Shown: in pieces, positions 29,946 through 41,004 of the stretch
Layout: each line of letters begins with the position of its first letter
Position numbering within the stretch: the first letter of the stretch is position 1
Source: Calditrichaceae bacterium
Lineage (GTDB): Bacteria; Calditrichota; Calditrichia; Calditrichales; JBFXGD01
Reading direction: 5' to 3'
DNA length: 64,000 bases
Assembly: GCA_050173015.1 (NCBI GenBank)
Contig: JBFXLE010000023.1
Span: 1-64,000 of the forward strand
Program-made: the position numbers and the translations under genes
The notes under the pieces: model-generated
Told to the model about the DNA's origin: nothing
Seen by the model: only the letters and a program-made list of their open reading frames with translations
Database searches by the model: none

Positions 29946-31496
29946 GTGGCCCAAAAAAGAGCGATATTGAGTGTATACGACAAAACCGGCATACGCGAAT
30001 TGGCTGAATTCCTGATCAGAAAAGGTTATGAAATCATTTCTTCCGGAGGCACGCATAAAATATTGAGTGAAGCGGGTATTTCGGTCACCCAGGTAAGTGA
30101 TGTGACCGGATTCCCTGAAATTCTGGATGGAAGAGTCAAAACCATACATCCCGCAATACTCGCCGGGATCCTGGCCAAACAAGAGCCGCGGCATCAGGAA
30201 CAACTGAGCAAGCTCAAACTCTCATCAATCGATGTCATTGCGGTTAATCTCTATCCGTTTGAAAAAACAATCGCCGCTCCTGAGGTCACGCTTGAGGAAG
30301 CCATTGAACAGATCGACATAGGCGGACCCACATTAATCCGCGCGGCAGCAAAGAATCATGAATATGTTACTGTTTTGACAAAACCTGAACAATATCATCA
30401 TTTTATGACCGAGTATTCTGACGAAGACGGCCACATTTCCGCAAATTTTCGCCGGAAATGCGCGATTGATGTCTTCAGAACCATGGCGAGATATAATCAG
30501 GTCATTGCCGATTTTCTCTCTGCGCGGGAAGATAAAACAGATAAGGAGATGCCGGAGCTCTTCGGATTGAACGGTTCTCTTTTTCAGACACTGCGATATG
30601 GTGAGAATCCTCATCAGAATGCCGGCTTTTACTCTCTGCCGAATCAGAATCCCCTCGCGGCCATGAAACAATTACATGGCAAAGAGTTAAGCTACAACAA
30701 TATACTTGATCTCCAGGCGGCCTTAAGCATAGTAAGTGAATTTAAAGAACCTGCGTGTGTGATCATTAAACATAACAATCCCTGCGGCGTAGCGGTATCC
30801 GACTCACTTTTTGATGCCCATACCCGCGCCCGATCCACCGATGAATCTTCTGCTTTCGGGGGTATCATTTCTTTCAACGGTGAGGTAAATGGGGAACTCG
30901 CTGAATCCCTCGCGTCTTATTTCGTGGAATGCGTTATCGCTCCCGGATTTACCAGAGATGCGCTCGAACGTCTGGAAAAAAAGAAAAATTTACGGTTACT
31001 CACGTTTAATCCATCGATCTTCGAGTCACCCACATGGGAAATTAAACCGGTTACCGGCGGATTTTTAGTACAAACTACGGACACCCTTAGCGAGAATATT
31101 CGTGATGCGAAGGTTGTAACGAAGAGAATTCCTTCTGAAAAAGAATGGCAGGCGATGGAATTTGCCTGGAAACTTATTAAGCATATAAAATCGAATGCAA
31201 TTTTATTCGCCGGCAATAATCAAACACTTGGGATTGGCGCGGGACAGATGTCTCGTGTCGATTCGACTGAAATAGCCATTATCAAATCACAAAAAGCAAA
31301 TTTATCTCTTACCGGATCGGCGGTTGCGTCCGATGCTTTCTTCCCTTTCAGAGACAGCATTGAAGCGCTCGTTAAGGCGGGTGCCACCGCTGTCATACAA
31401 CCCGGTGGTTCAATACGCGATGAAGAGGTGATTCAGGCGGCCAATGATGCCGGAATTACAATGGTTTTTACAGGTAACAGACATTTCAAACACTAA
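29946..31496 (+). CDS. purH: Bifunctional AICAR transformylase/IMP cyclohydrolase
   Basis: [43 protein letters not shown]. Confidence 0.97.
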   Translation: MAQKRAILSVYDKTGIRELAEFLIRKGYEIISSGGTHKILSEAGISVTQVSDVTGFPEILDGRVKTIHPAILAGILAKQEPRHQEQLSKLKLSSIDVIAVNLYPFEKTIAAPEVTLEEAIEQIDIGGPTLIRAAAKNHEYVTVLTKPEQYHHFMTEYSDEDGHISANFRRKCAIDVFRTMARYNQVIADFLSAREDKTDKEMPELFGLNGSLFQTLRYGENPHQNAGFYSLPNQNPLAAMKQLHGKELSYNNILDLQAALSIVSEFKEPACVIIKHNNPCGVAVSDSLFDAHTRARSTDESSAFGGIISFNGEVNGELAESLASYFVECVIAPGFTRDALERLEKKKNLRLLTFNPSIFESPTWEIKPVTGGFLVQTTDTLSENIRDAKVVTKRIPSEKEWQAMEFAWKLIKHIKSNAILFAGNNQTLGIGAGQMSRVDSTEIAIIKSQKANLSLTGSAVASDAFFPFRDSIEALVKAGATAVIQPGGSIRDEEVIQAANDAGITMVFTGNRHFKH

Positions 31497-31519
31497 TCAT
31501 TCTCAATGGGAGTAATCAA

Positions 31520-32554
31520 ATGGCGCTATCATTTTTAAATGTTTTCACTTCCGATATCGGGATAGATTTAGGTACCGCAAATACCTTAATCTATGTCAAA
31601 GGCAAAGGCATTGTTGTGAATGAACCTTCGATCATCGCATTGGAGGAAAATTCAGATAAAGTTGTGGCAGTCGGTAGTGAGGCGAGACAAATGTTAGGCC
31701 GAACCCACCATGATATCGCGACAATCAGGCCTTTGAAAGATGGCGTTATTGCAGATTTCGAAGCAAACGAGATCATGATTAGAGAACTGATAAAAAAAGC
31801 CAATGTCAACCGGATGATGATCGGAAAGATTGTCGTTTGCGTTCCATCGGGTATCACAGAGGTAGAGAAACGGGCTGTGCGTGATTCTGCCGAACGCGCA
31901 GGCGCGAGGGAGGTCCACCTGGTGGCGGAGGCCATGGCGGCAGCGATTGGTGTCGGTCTCGATATCGGTGAACCGGTCGGGAATATGATCGTCGATATCG
32001 GAGGCGGAACATCAGAAATAGCCGTGATTTCACTCAACGGAATCGTTCATCATACATCTATCCGCATCGGCGGAGATGAAATGAATCAATCCATTATTCA
32101 ATATTTTAAGAAAAATTATAATCTGCTGATCGGTGAAAAAACCGCCGAAGAAATCAAGTGCAGCATTGGCTCCGCTTCCGCTCTTGAAGAAGAAGTTAAC
32201 ACAGAAGTAAAGGGCCGGGATCTTGTTGACGGTATACCAAAAACCATTGAAATAAGTTCAGTCCAGATTCGGGAGGCCTTAAACGAATCAATAATGACTA
32301 TTGTGGAAGCCATTAAACTATCTCTTGAAAGAACACCTCCGGAACTGGCATCAGATATTCTTGACCGGGGCATTATCCTTACCGGCGGCGGGGCGCTATT
32401 GCGAAATCTGGATGTCCGGATCAGAGAGGAAACGTCAATGGCGATTCATGTTGCAGAGGATCCTCTGACTTGTGTCGCGCGCGGATGCGGAAAGATCCTT
32501 GACAATCCGGAAAAATATGAAAAAGTTCTCTTAAAGCAACGCAGACCGTTGTAA
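31520..32554 (+). CDS. mreB: Rod shape-determining protein MreB
   Basis: IDLGTANT, DIGGGT, LTGGGA. Confidence 0.97.
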   Translation: MALSFLNVFTSDIGIDLGTANTLIYVKGKGIVVNEPSIIALEENSDKVVAVGSEARQMLGRTHHDIATIRPLKDGVIADFEANEIMIRELIKKANVNRMMIGKIVVCVPSGITEVEKRAVRDSAERAGAREVHLVAEAMAAAIGVGLDIGEPVGNMIVDIGGGTSEIAVISLNGIVHHTSIRIGGDEMNQSIIQYFKKNYNLLIGEKTAEEIKCSIGSASALEEEVNTEVKGRDLVDGIPKTIEISSVQIREALNESIMTIVEAIKLSLERTPPELASDILDRGIILTGGGALLRNLDVRIREETSMAIHVAEDPLTCVARGCGKILDNPEKYEKVLLKQRRPL

Positions 32555-32627
32555 GTGCAATCAGGCAGATTTATTATATAAACTGATTTGAATCATTTTT
32601 ACTATTAATTAAGAAACTAATGCCATT

Positions 32628-33431
32628 GTGAATATTACCCGATTCATTGCCAGATTTTATGAGTTTTTATTACTTTCAGTATACATAATCCTGTCGTTTC
32701 TGCTGATGCTTTCGAGTGAGAGCAAAATTGTTGAAGGTCTCCGTCTGACAGGGTTAGTTACTATTGGATCCGTTCAAAGTGTAATCAGCTCCACAGGATC
32801 ATATTTTGAACTGGATGAAAAAAACCGGGAACTTCGGAAAGAAAACACCCAGCTTTCTTATGAAATATTTCAACTTCAGGATGCTCTTCTGGAAAATTTA
32901 AGATTGAAAGAACTGCTGCAGTTTAAATACGAAGTAGATTATGATCTTATCCCCGCCAAAGTGATCGGTTTCAGCCCTCAGGATTTTGTGAGCGGTTTAT
33001 TGCTCTCAACTGAAGATTACATAAAGATCAAAGAAGACGCGGCTGTTATGACCTCTGACGGTCTCGTGGGAAAAATTGTAAGCCGCGCCGGTAAAAACGC
33101 GATCTGCCAGATTCTGATGGACCCTAACAGTCGCGTCAGCGCGAGAATTCAGCGAAGCCGTGATTTAGGGATTATTCTATGGGATGGCGGTAATTTATTG
33201 AAACTGGATCATATCCCAAACACCATCACGGTATACGAAGGAGACGTATTAACAACATCCGGTTACAGCAAACTCTTTCCTCCAAATATCAAAATCGGTG
33301 TTGTGATTAAAATAGAAAAAAGTGAAGAAAAATTATTCCAGTCTATCACTGTAAAACCAGCGGTGAACTTTAACCAGCTCGAAGAAGTATTCATATTACA
33401 GGCAAAAGATACCGATGAATCAGGAACTTAA
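32628..33431 (+). CDS. mreC: Rod shape-determining protein MreC
   Basis: TM + coiled coil (ENLRLKELL), GLVGK, TSG...FP; synteny. Confidence 0.9.
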   Translation: MNITRFIARFYEFLLLSVYIILSFLLMLSSESKIVEGLRLTGLVTIGSVQSVISSTGSYFELDEKNRELRKENTQLSYEIFQLQDALLENLRLKELLQFKYEVDYDLIPAKVIGFSPQDFVSGLLLSTEDYIKIKEDAAVMTSDGLVGKIVSRAGKNAICQILMDPNSRVSARIQRSRDLGIILWDGGNLLKLDHIPNTITVYEGDVLTTSGYSKLFPPNIKIGVVIKIEKSEEKLFQSITVKPAVNFNQLEEVFILQAKDTDESGT

Positions 33432-33900
33432 ATATTATATTTTCATTTTTATTGCGTTCGGCCTCAGCAGCGTGATACTGCAAAGTGTCTTCGTGCCATT
33501 TATCGAAATAAACGTATGGAGACCCGATCTTGTTCTTGTTATCGTTCTTTTAACCGGTAAAAGATTTGGCGCGGTTGGCGGGAGTACCGGCGGCTTTCTC
33601 CTGGGGATTCTCCAGGATGCACTTACCTCTATGCCGATCGGAATTTCGGCCCTGCCGAAAGCTGTCGCCGGATATGCTTCCGGTAAACTAAAATCAGTCC
33701 GCCTGGAGGGGGCTGTGTATTATTTAATGTATGTAATTTTAATTTTTTTGCATGAAGTGATTTTTTACCTGTTTATTCAATTTAAGATTGATATTTCTTT
33801 TTATGATTTAATCTACAGCCGTGTCTTCCCAAATACGATTTATACAACACTCATGCTCATATTTGTAAATCTTTTTGCTCAGAAATATTTCACAGAATGA
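33415..33900 (+). CDS. mreD: Rod shape-determining protein MreD
   Basis: Hydrophobic; PDL and GILQD motifs; synteny. Confidence 0.88.
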   Translation: MNQELKYYIFIFIAFGLSSVILQSVFVPFIEINVWRPDLVLVIVLLTGKRFGAVGGSTGGFLLGILQDALTSMPIGISALPKAVAGYASGKLKSVRLEGAVYYLMYVILIFLHEVIFYLFIQFKIDISFYDLIYSRVFPNTIYTTLMLIFVNLFAQKYFTE

Positions 33901-35780
33901 ACATGAATAATCTTGATAAATACAAGCTTCAGGAAAGAGCTTTTCTTTTCGCGGGCATTATTTTTCTTCTGTTTATAATATTGATTTACGGATTTATCCG
34001 GCTTCAGTTTATCCGTAAGGATATATATGTTCAGAAATCTATCGAAAACAGTGTCCGGAGAATTCAGAGCTATCCCGTTCGGGGACTGATCCGTGACAGA
34101 GATGGTGAGATTCTCGTTGACAACCGCCCATCATTTTCCGCTGCAGTGATCCCAAAAGTGGTAAGTAAAGAAAGTCTTTCCTTCTTATCAAAAGAGCTCA
34201 ATATAGATGAGAGCAGTATAAAAGAAAAAATGTATAAAAATTATGGTTTCAGAGCGGTTATTATTGATCGTGATATTGAGTATAACCAGGTAATAGAACT
34301 TGAAGAAAACCGGCTTAAGCTACCCGGCGTCATCACAATAGTAGAGCCGAAACGCTATTATGTTGACGGAGTCATGTCCCCGCATCTGTTTGGTTCCCTT
34401 GGCGAAGTAACAACTTCTGAACAAAATAAAAACAATGTATATGATTCAGGAGATCTGATAGGCAAAACAGGAATTGAGAAGCTGTATGATCTGGATTTGC
34501 GCGGAATTAAGGGAGCTCATTTTCTGCGTGTTGATGCTTCCGGCCGCGAAAAAGGCAGTTTTGATACGGAGAGAGATATCCCTTCCGTACACGGCAGTGA
34601 TATTTATTTATTCATGGATTATGCAATGCAGCAGTTTGCTGAATCCCTGATGGTTGATTACCGGGGATCTCTCGTAGCTATTGATGTCCGGAACGGCGGT
34701 ATTCTAGCGCTGGTCAGCAAACCCGATTTTGATCCTCGTCTTTTAACCGGTAAAATCGATCCACAGGTTTGGAGAGAACTACAGACAGATGAAAGCCATC
34801 CTTTATACAGCCGCGCGATTCAGAGCGTATATCCACCCGGATCTACCTATAAAATTGTGGCGGCGATTGCCGCTTTGCAGGATGGGATTATCACTCCTTC
34901 CTGGAAAGCAACCTGCCCCGGTTATTTCCAGATCGGCAGAAAGACTATCAAATGCTGGAATGCCAAAGGACACGGAACTATTGATCTTAATGACGCGATT
35001 AAAGGCTCTTGCAACGTATATTTTTATCAGCTTGGATTAAAAATTGGGCTTGACACCTGGTCAAAGTACAGTAAAATGTTTGGATTCGGTAGTCTTACAG
35101 GGATTGATCTCCCGAATGAGAGTAACGGACTGGTGCCGACCACCGAATTTTTTAACCGTCGATATGGATTAAACGGATGGACAAGGGGAAATTTGGCTAA
35201 TCTTGCGATCGGACAGGGTGAACTCTTAGTAACTCCGCTGCAGCTGACTCAATTCGCAATGATTCTCGCCAACAAGGGTGTTTATCACTCTCCGCATCTC
35301 GTTGACCATATTTACAACTATTCAACAAAATCTACTGTGCAATTTCCTTCCGACGCCAAATATGTCACCGGAGTATCCGACGAAGTGTACGATATCATCC
35401 GGGAAGGTATGCGTCAGGTAGTTGACGGGGGCACAGGATGGCTTGGCAAAGTACCTGGAATCGAAATGGCCGGGAAAACGGGCACCGCTCAAAATCCTCA
35501 TGGGGATTCCCACGCCTGGTTTATGGCCTTCGCCCCGTATGAACGTCCGGAAGTGGCCATTTCAGTAATTATAGAAAATGGTGGTGGTGGTGGCGCGGTC
35601 GCAGCCCCTATCGCCCGGCAATTTCTCGAAAAGTATTTTTACAACCGGCTGATTCCAAGATACATTCCTAAAAAAGCGACTGACGGCTTATTGCCCAATT
35701 CAGATTTAGCTCCTTTTAATATCGACCTGATCCAGCCAATGCAAATTCTATCACCCGAGGGAGCTCCCATTAATGAATAA
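33897..35780 (+). CDS. mrdA: Penicillin-binding protein 2
   Basis: RGLIRDR, PGSTYK (SxxK), SCN, KTGTAQ. Confidence 0.93.
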   Translation: MNMNNLDKYKLQERAFLFAGIIFLLFIILIYGFIRLQFIRKDIYVQKSIENSVRRIQSYPVRGLIRDRDGEILVDNRPSFSAAVIPKVVSKESLSFLSKELNIDESSIKEKMYKNYGFRAVIIDRDIEYNQVIELEENRLKLPGVITIVEPKRYYVDGVMSPHLFGSLGEVTTSEQNKNNVYDSGDLIGKTGIEKLYDLDLRGIKGAHFLRVDASGREKGSFDTERDIPSVHGSDIYLFMDYAMQQFAESLMVDYRGSLVAIDVRNGGILALVSKPDFDPRLLTGKIDPQVWRELQTDESHPLYSRAIQSVYPPGSTYKIVAAIAALQDGIITPSWKATCPGYFQIGRKTIKCWNAKGHGTIDLNDAIKGSCNVYFYQLGLKIGLDTWSKYSKMFGFGSLTGIDLPNESNGLVPTTEFFNRRYGLNGWTRGNLANLAIGQGELLVTPLQLTQFAMILANKGVYHSPHLVDHIYNYSTKSTVQFPSDAKYVTGVSDEVYDIIREGMRQVVDGGTGWLGKVPGIEMAGKTGTAQNPHGDSHAWFMAFAPYERPEVAISVIIENGGGGGAVAAPIARQFLEKYFYNRLIPRYIPKKATDGLLPNSDLAPFNIDLIQPMQILSPEGAPINE

Positions 35781-36993
35781 GTCATTTTTTTCTAAATTGG
35801 ATTTCGCGCTATTGACCATTGTCCTTATTCTTCTCACCATTGGTCTGATTGCAGTATATAGCGCGACTTATTCTCCTGATATTGAAAATAACAGTTATTT
35901 TGAAAAACAATTCACTTTTGCCATTTTGGGCATAATCCTTCTGCTAGTCACGTCTTTTATTCCTTTTCGGGTTGTTCAAAAAATATCTTACCCACTTTAT
36001 ATTTTCAGTATTATACTTCTTATATTTGTTATGTTTTTTGGTGTACGCGGTTTTGGCGCCGAACGTTGGCTTTCTATCGGCCCGATTAAGCTTCAACCGT
36101 CTGAATTTGCAAAACTTGCGACTGTCCTTGCTGTAGCCCGATATCTTTCCACACGAGAGGCAAATGTTAACAGTTTCAAATATCTCGCCGGCACTTCCGC
36201 GCTTATATTACTGCCCTTCGTGCTTATCGTTCAGCAACCGGATCTCGGAACATCGCTGGTTTTTTTGGTAATTCTGATTCCACTATTGTATTGGGCGGGC
36301 CTGAGCTGGTTCGCTTTATTCGTAATCCTTTTTCCGATAGCCACCATTGTGCTTTCTTTTAATTTCTATACCTTCCTTATCTGGATGGTTATAATTCTGT
36401 TTATTCTGCTATGGTCCAAAAGGAGTATTTACATAAGTGTCGCCGTATTTTTGATTCATATAAGTGTCGGCATGATAACGCCCGCGCTCTGGGGGCAATT
36501 AAAGCCTTACCAGCAGCAAAGAATTTTAACATTTGCCAATCCCGAGGCTGATCCCAAAGGCGCCGGATATCAGATTATTCAAAGCCAGGTTGCCATTGGC
36601 TCCGGGGGAATTTGGGGGAAGGGATTTCTTGAGGGTTCACAGACTCATCTGAAATTTTTACCCGCGCAGCATACCGATTTTATTTTTTCTGTGATAGGAG
36701 AGGAATGGGGATTTACAGGAATTGTCTTTGTATTGGCCGTATTTCTCATATTGCTCCTTTACTTGCTACATCTGGGAACCATCGTTCGATCGAAATTTTC
36801 CAGTATCGTTATTATCGGAGTGATGACGATCCTCTTTTTTCATATTTTTATCAATATAGGTATGACGGTGGGGTTAGCCCCGGTTACCGGCCTGCCTTTA
36901 CCGTTTATCAGCTACGGAGGATCATTCCTTATTTCCACTCTTTTGATGGTTGGAGTTGCTATGAACCTATCCGTCAACCGATATAATGAATGA
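35773..36993 (+). CDS. rodA: Rod shape-determining protein RodA (SEDS)
   Basis: QPSEFAK, QPDLGT, HTDFIF, PFISYGGS. Confidence 0.94.
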   Translation: MNKSFFSKLDFALLTIVLILLTIGLIAVYSATYSPDIENNSYFEKQFTFAILGIILLLVTSFIPFRVVQKISYPLYIFSIILLIFVMFFGVRGFGAERWLSIGPIKLQPSEFAKLATVLAVARYLSTREANVNSFKYLAGTSALILLPFVLIVQQPDLGTSLVFLVILIPLLYWAGLSWFALFVILFPIATIVLSFNFYTFLIWMVIILFILLWSKRSIYISVAVFLIHISVGMITPALWGQLKPYQQQRILTFANPEADPKGAGYQIIQSQVAIGSGGIWGKGFLEGSQTHLKFLPAQHTDFIFSVIGEEWGFTGIVFVLAVFLILLLYLLHLGTIVRSKFSSIVIIGVMTILFFHIFINIGMTVGLAPVTGLPLPFISYGGSFLISTLLMVGVAMNLSVNRYNE

Positions 36994-37087
36994 TGATTTA
37001 ACTTGTTTAAAGTTAATAAATTAATTGACTTAATTATTTTGCATTCATAAATTCTTTTCATCTTTCTTTTATCCAGCAGGAGGAACC

Positions 37088-37936
37088 ATGCGGAACAGAT
37101 TACCATTTTTTATCATCATTCTTGTCTTTTCTTTTTTCCTAATCCAGGGATGTTCAGGATCTCGAAAAGGCGGCAATGGTAATGGAGCGACAGGCGCTGA
37201 GAATCAGAATAAAGAACTGGATGATATTGAAGCCTTGTTGGGAATCACCCCTGAGGAAAGCGACAGGCCTTCAGCCCAAAAACCGGAATCTGGCGATGAA
37301 AAGTTAAAGCTTCTCGAAACGAATGAGATGCTTTCCGCGTCAGAAGCCAGCAGTATGAATGCCGCGCCGGCAGTCTCCCCCGCTGAAAAAAGACAGATGG
37401 AACAAAAAATAAGTCAGTTAGAGGCTCAACTCAGAGAAAAAGATCTGATTATTGCTGATTTAAGAGCAAAAAACAGCCTGAAAGATGATGAGTTGCTTAA
37501 AAAATCATCCGCTTATGGTTCCAGCGGCAGTTATAGCGGGGTAATAAGCGATATCTCACCTGAAGAATACCAGAGTCGGTATGATGAAGGTAGATCCGCA
37601 TTTGAATCAAGAAACTATGAACTGGCCGTTCAACTATTTGAATCCCTGCTCTCAAGCAGCGCGACACATTCACTTTCCGATAATGCTCAGTTTTGGATTG
37701 GGGAATCTCATTATGCGTTAAGGAGATATGATCAGGCGATAATTGACTTCGAAAAAGTATTCACGTTTGCAAATTCAAACAAGAAGGATGACGCTCAGTT
37801 TAAACTCGGGGTATGCTATCTGAGAAAAGGTGATAATACCAAAGCCAGGGAAGAGTTTCAACGAGTAATTTCTGATTATCCAAAAAGCGAATATGTTAAC
37901 AAAGTAAATAAAATTCTTTTGCAAATTAAAGATTGA
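37088..37936 (+). CDS. CpoB/YbgF-like TPR lipoprotein
   Basis: Lipobox IQGC, coiled coil, DNAQFWIGE and DAQFKLG TPRs. Confidence 0.78.
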   Translation: MRNRLPFFIIILVFSFFLIQGCSGSRKGGNGNGATGAENQNKELDDIEALLGITPEESDRPSAQKPESGDEKLKLLETNEMLSASEASSMNAAPAVSPAEKRQMEQKISQLEAQLREKDLIIADLRAKNSLKDDELLKKSSAYGSSGSYSGVISDISPEEYQSRYDEGRSAFESRNYELAVQLFESLLSSSATHSLSDNAQFWIGESHYALRRYDQAIIDFEKVFTFANSNKKDDAQFKLGVCYLRKGDNTKAREEFQRVISDYPKSEYVNKVNKILLQIKD

Positions 37937-38153
37937 TGATAGACTCAATTGATTCCGTGGAATATGATTTCTCATAAAGATCAATAATCCGCGCTAATCT
38001 ACGGTAACCATATGGAGTGAGTTTTTGCGTGGTTCCATCGTTTACAGGGAATAACAATCCCTGATGAATGAACTTTATAACAAGGTTCACATTTACGGCA
38101 AGATCTTTTGCGGCTTCATTTATGGGAATCAGGTGATTTTGAAATAAATTCAT
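37926..38153 (-). CDS. Small MerR-type HTH protein
   Basis: INEAAKDLAV...FIHQGLL.P pattern; GAGG RBS upstream. Confidence 0.6.
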   Translation of the reverse strand: MNLFQNHLIPINEAAKDLAVNVNLVIKFIHQGLLFPVNDGTTQKLTPYGYRRLARIIDLYEKSYSTESIESIINL

Positions 38154-38180
38154 AGTTACCTCATGATTAAACAGTTTTCC

Positions 38181-38254
38181 GGGGCAGTGGCTCAGTTGGT
38201 TAGAGCGCTACGTTCACATCGTAGAGGTCAGGGGTTCAAATCCCTTCTGCCCCA
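38181..38254 (+). tRNA. tRNA-Val (anticodon CAC)
   Basis: Acceptor GGGGCAG/CTGCCCC, D arm GCTC/GAGC, anticodon stem CTACG/CGTAG with loop TTCACAT, T loop TTCAAAT; CCA not encoded. Confidence 0.95.
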
Positions 38255-38485
38255 CTTTTCTTCAATATACTCTTCACATTCAAAAAACAATTGATCTAAA
38301 GCAATTTTATCAATTATTTTTTGAAACGTATTTCATCCAAATTAATATTTCTTAATATCAAAAATAATTATGGAATTTTAAACGGATCAGGTCATTAGAA
38401 TATAGGCGTTCTGCTTTATCATAAATGTAGGGAAAATAAAAAGGAGGGAGACTAAACGGGAGATAAAGTCCCCCCCCATGGTCAA

Positions 38486-39673
38486 TCAATCCATTTGTTT
38501 TCGAAGAAAGGTCGGAATATCTAAATCATCCGGACCTTCCGGCAAATCCTTTTCCGGCATTGTAAAGATATTTATCTGTCCCTTTTTAGCCTGAGTTTTA
38601 TCAATTCGTTTATTCTCACGCAAATATGTGGGTTTATCCAGGTTAGTAAAGTCGGTCGGCTCATATTCTTTCTTCTTAAATTCTTTTGGGCGTTGAAGAT
38701 CTCCGGCCTGCTGAGCTTCCTTATTAAAACCTGTTGCTATGACGGTTACCCGAACTTCATCGGAAAGCTCTTCATCAATAACCATACCCCAAATTACATT
38801 GGCATTCTCTCCCGATGATTGCTGAATAAGATTGGCCGCCTCGCCGACTTCATGCATGGTTAGTGTTGCGCCGCCGGTTATATTTATAAGTATTCCCCGC
38901 GCGCCTCCTATTTGCGCGCCATCCAGCAACGGGCTTGTTATGGCCTGTTCGGCTGCTGAAATAGAACGGTTTTCTCCAACACCAACGCCGGTCCCCATTA
39001 ACGCATCTCCCATCCCTGCCATAATGGTCCGGACATCCGCAAAGTCCAGGTTTATATAACCGTGAACATTGATGAGATCGGAAATGCTTCGCGTCGCTTC
39101 AAGAAGTATAGAATCGACTACTTTGAAAGCAGAAATTACCGGTGTATTTTTCTCAATGATCGAAAATATCCGGTCGTTTGGAATCATGATCATTGTGTCG
39201 ACCCGGTCACGCATAACATCGGCTCCGCGGATAGCGTTCCTGCTTCTTACCGGCCCTTCAAAATTAAATGGCATGGTAGCAATGGCAACTGTCAACGCGC
39301 CAATGTCTTTGGCAATTTCCGCCACGATCGGAGCTGCTCCCGTTCCCGTGCCTCCACCCATTCCGCATGTTACAAAGACCATATCCGCGCCGTTGAGGGT
39401 ATTTATCACCATCTCTTTGTCTTCTTCAATTGCCCTGAGACCAATTTCGGGATTCGCTCCCGCGCCTAATCCTTTAGTAAGATTTTTTCCGATCTGGATT
39501 CGCGTTTTTGCTTTGCTTTTTTCCAGATCCTGGGCATCCGTATTGATCGCTATAAATTCAACACCTGACAAGCCGGCATCAATCATGCCGTTAATCGCGT
39601 TCCCGCCGGCTCCTCCGACTCCAATGACTTTTATTCTGGCCGACTGCTCGGCTGAAGCATCAAACTGTATCAT
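38486..39673 (-). CDS. ftsZ: Cell division protein FtsZ
   Basis: GVGGAGGNA, GGGTGTG, NLDFAD, C-terminal DIPTFLRK; start MIQFD. Confidence 0.97.
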   Translation of the reverse strand: MIQFDASAEQSARIKVIGVGGAGGNAINGMIDAGLSGVEFIAINTDAQDLEKSKAKTRIQIGKNLTKGLGAGANPEIGLRAIEEDKEMVINTLNGADMVFVTCGMGGGTGTGAAPIVAEIAKDIGALTVAIATMPFNFEGPVRSRNAIRGADVMRDRVDTMIMIPNDRIFSIIEKNTPVISAFKVVDSILLEATRSISDLINVHGYINLDFADVRTIMAGMGDALMGTGVGVGENRSISAAEQAITSPLLDGAQIGGARGILINITGGATLTMHEVGEAANLIQQSSGENANVIWGMVIDEELSDEVRVTVIATGFNKEAQQAGDLQRPKEFKKKEYEPTDFTNLDKPTYLRENKRIDKTQAKKGQINIFTMPEKDLPEGPDDLDIPTFLRKQMD

Positions 39674-39713
39674 GGTTTTCTCCCGTTTTATGATACCTAT
39701 ATTGATTTCAAAA

Positions 39714-40943
39714 TTATTTAAACAGATTATCAAACATGTTTCTTAGTCGATCAATAATCCAGCTATATCCGGGCTGACTTTCTAACTGAACATCTTCTCC
39801 ATGTAGCAAACCGTAGTAGATTAATCCCACTCCTGTCGCGTAAATGGGGCTTTTGACCGTCTCCACAAGCCCTCCTTTTACTATTGGGGTGCCTATTTTT
39901 ACCGGCATTCCCATTACCTGCTCCGCCAACTCTACGGTACCTTCCAGCATCGACGCTCCGCCGGTCAAAACAATTCCGGCGCCCATGGAATCGATCATAC
40001 CTGATTTTTCTATCTCCCGGAGCGCGAGCTGGAACATTTCTTCCATCCGCGGCTGAATGATTGCTGAAAGGACGCTTCTGGAAATTTCTCTGGGCGCCCT
40101 TCCGCCAACTCCCGGAACCTGAATTAACTCATCCTGATCGAGCATCGTTTGTATGGCAATCCCATATTTTTTCTTTATTTCTTCGGCCTGCTCCATCGGA
40201 GTTCTCAATCCCTGTGAGAGATCGCTTGTGACATGCTGCCCCCCTAAACCAATGACTGATGTGAAGCGGATGCTACCGTCAAAAAACATCGCGATATCCG
40301 TTGTACCCCCCCCGATATCCATGATACAAACGCCCAGATCCTTCTCGTCGGAATCCAGCACGGCCAGACTTGACGCATAAGGCTCGAGAACGATATCGGC
40401 AACTTCATATCCTGCTTCATGGATACAATTAACGATGTTTTGAGCAGAAGCCGCTGCTGCCGTTACTATGTGCACCTCTGATTCCAGACGCACACCGGCC
40501 ATTCCTATGGGGCTTTTTATGCCATCCTGATCATCAACTATAAATTCCTGTGGCAGAACATGTAGAATCTCGCGGTCCATCGGTAAAGCGATGGCTTTTG
40601 CCGCATTGATGACACGATCTACATCTTCCTGCACAATCACTTTATCTTTTCCGCTTACCGCGATAACGCCTTTACTGTTGATTGATCTGATATGATCTCC
40701 GGCAATACCCGCATAAACTTTGATTATTTCGTGACCGGCCATCAGTTCAGCCTGTTGAGCCGCTTTATGGATAGATTCAACCGTTTTTTTAATATTTATA
40801 ACAACACCGCGTCTCAATCCCTGCGATGGAAACTGCCCAACTCCAATAATATTTAAATTATCATATTGGTCTTTTCTTCCCACAACCGCCGCAATTTTCG
40901 TTGTTCCAATATCTAATCCTACAATAATTTCATCAGTGCTCAT
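39714..40943 (-). CDS. ftsA: Cell division protein FtsA
   Basis: GLDIGTTK, DIGGGTTD, LTGG. Confidence 0.96.
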   Translation of the reverse strand: MSTDEIIVGLDIGTTKIAAVVGRKDQYDNLNIIGVGQFPSQGLRRGVVINIKKTVESIHKAAQQAELMAGHEIIKVYAGIAGDHIRSINSKGVIAVSGKDKVIVQEDVDRVINAAKAIALPMDREILHVLPQEFIVDDQDGIKSPIGMAGVRLESEVHIVTAAAASAQNIVNCIHEAGYEVADIVLEPYASSLAVLDSDEKDLGVCIMDIGGGTTDIAMFFDGSIRFTSVIGLGGQHVTSDLSQGLRTPMEQAEEIKKKYGIAIQTMLDQDELIQVPGVGGRAPREISRSVLSAIIQPRMEEMFQLALREIEKSGMIDSMGAGIVLTGGASMLEGTVELAEQVMGMPVKIGTPIVKGGLVETVKSPIYATGVGLIYYGLLHGEDVQLESQPGYSWIIDRLRNMFDNLFK

Positions 40944-41004
40944 AATTCTTTCCTCACAGCGAAAGCATTTCAAATTGTTATAAACAAAAGTTTATCAAAA
41001 TAAA

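Noticed and set aside
38181-38480. Prophage or ICE integrated at tRNA-Val
   Set aside because: No integrase, and I saw no duplicated tRNA 3' end in the window
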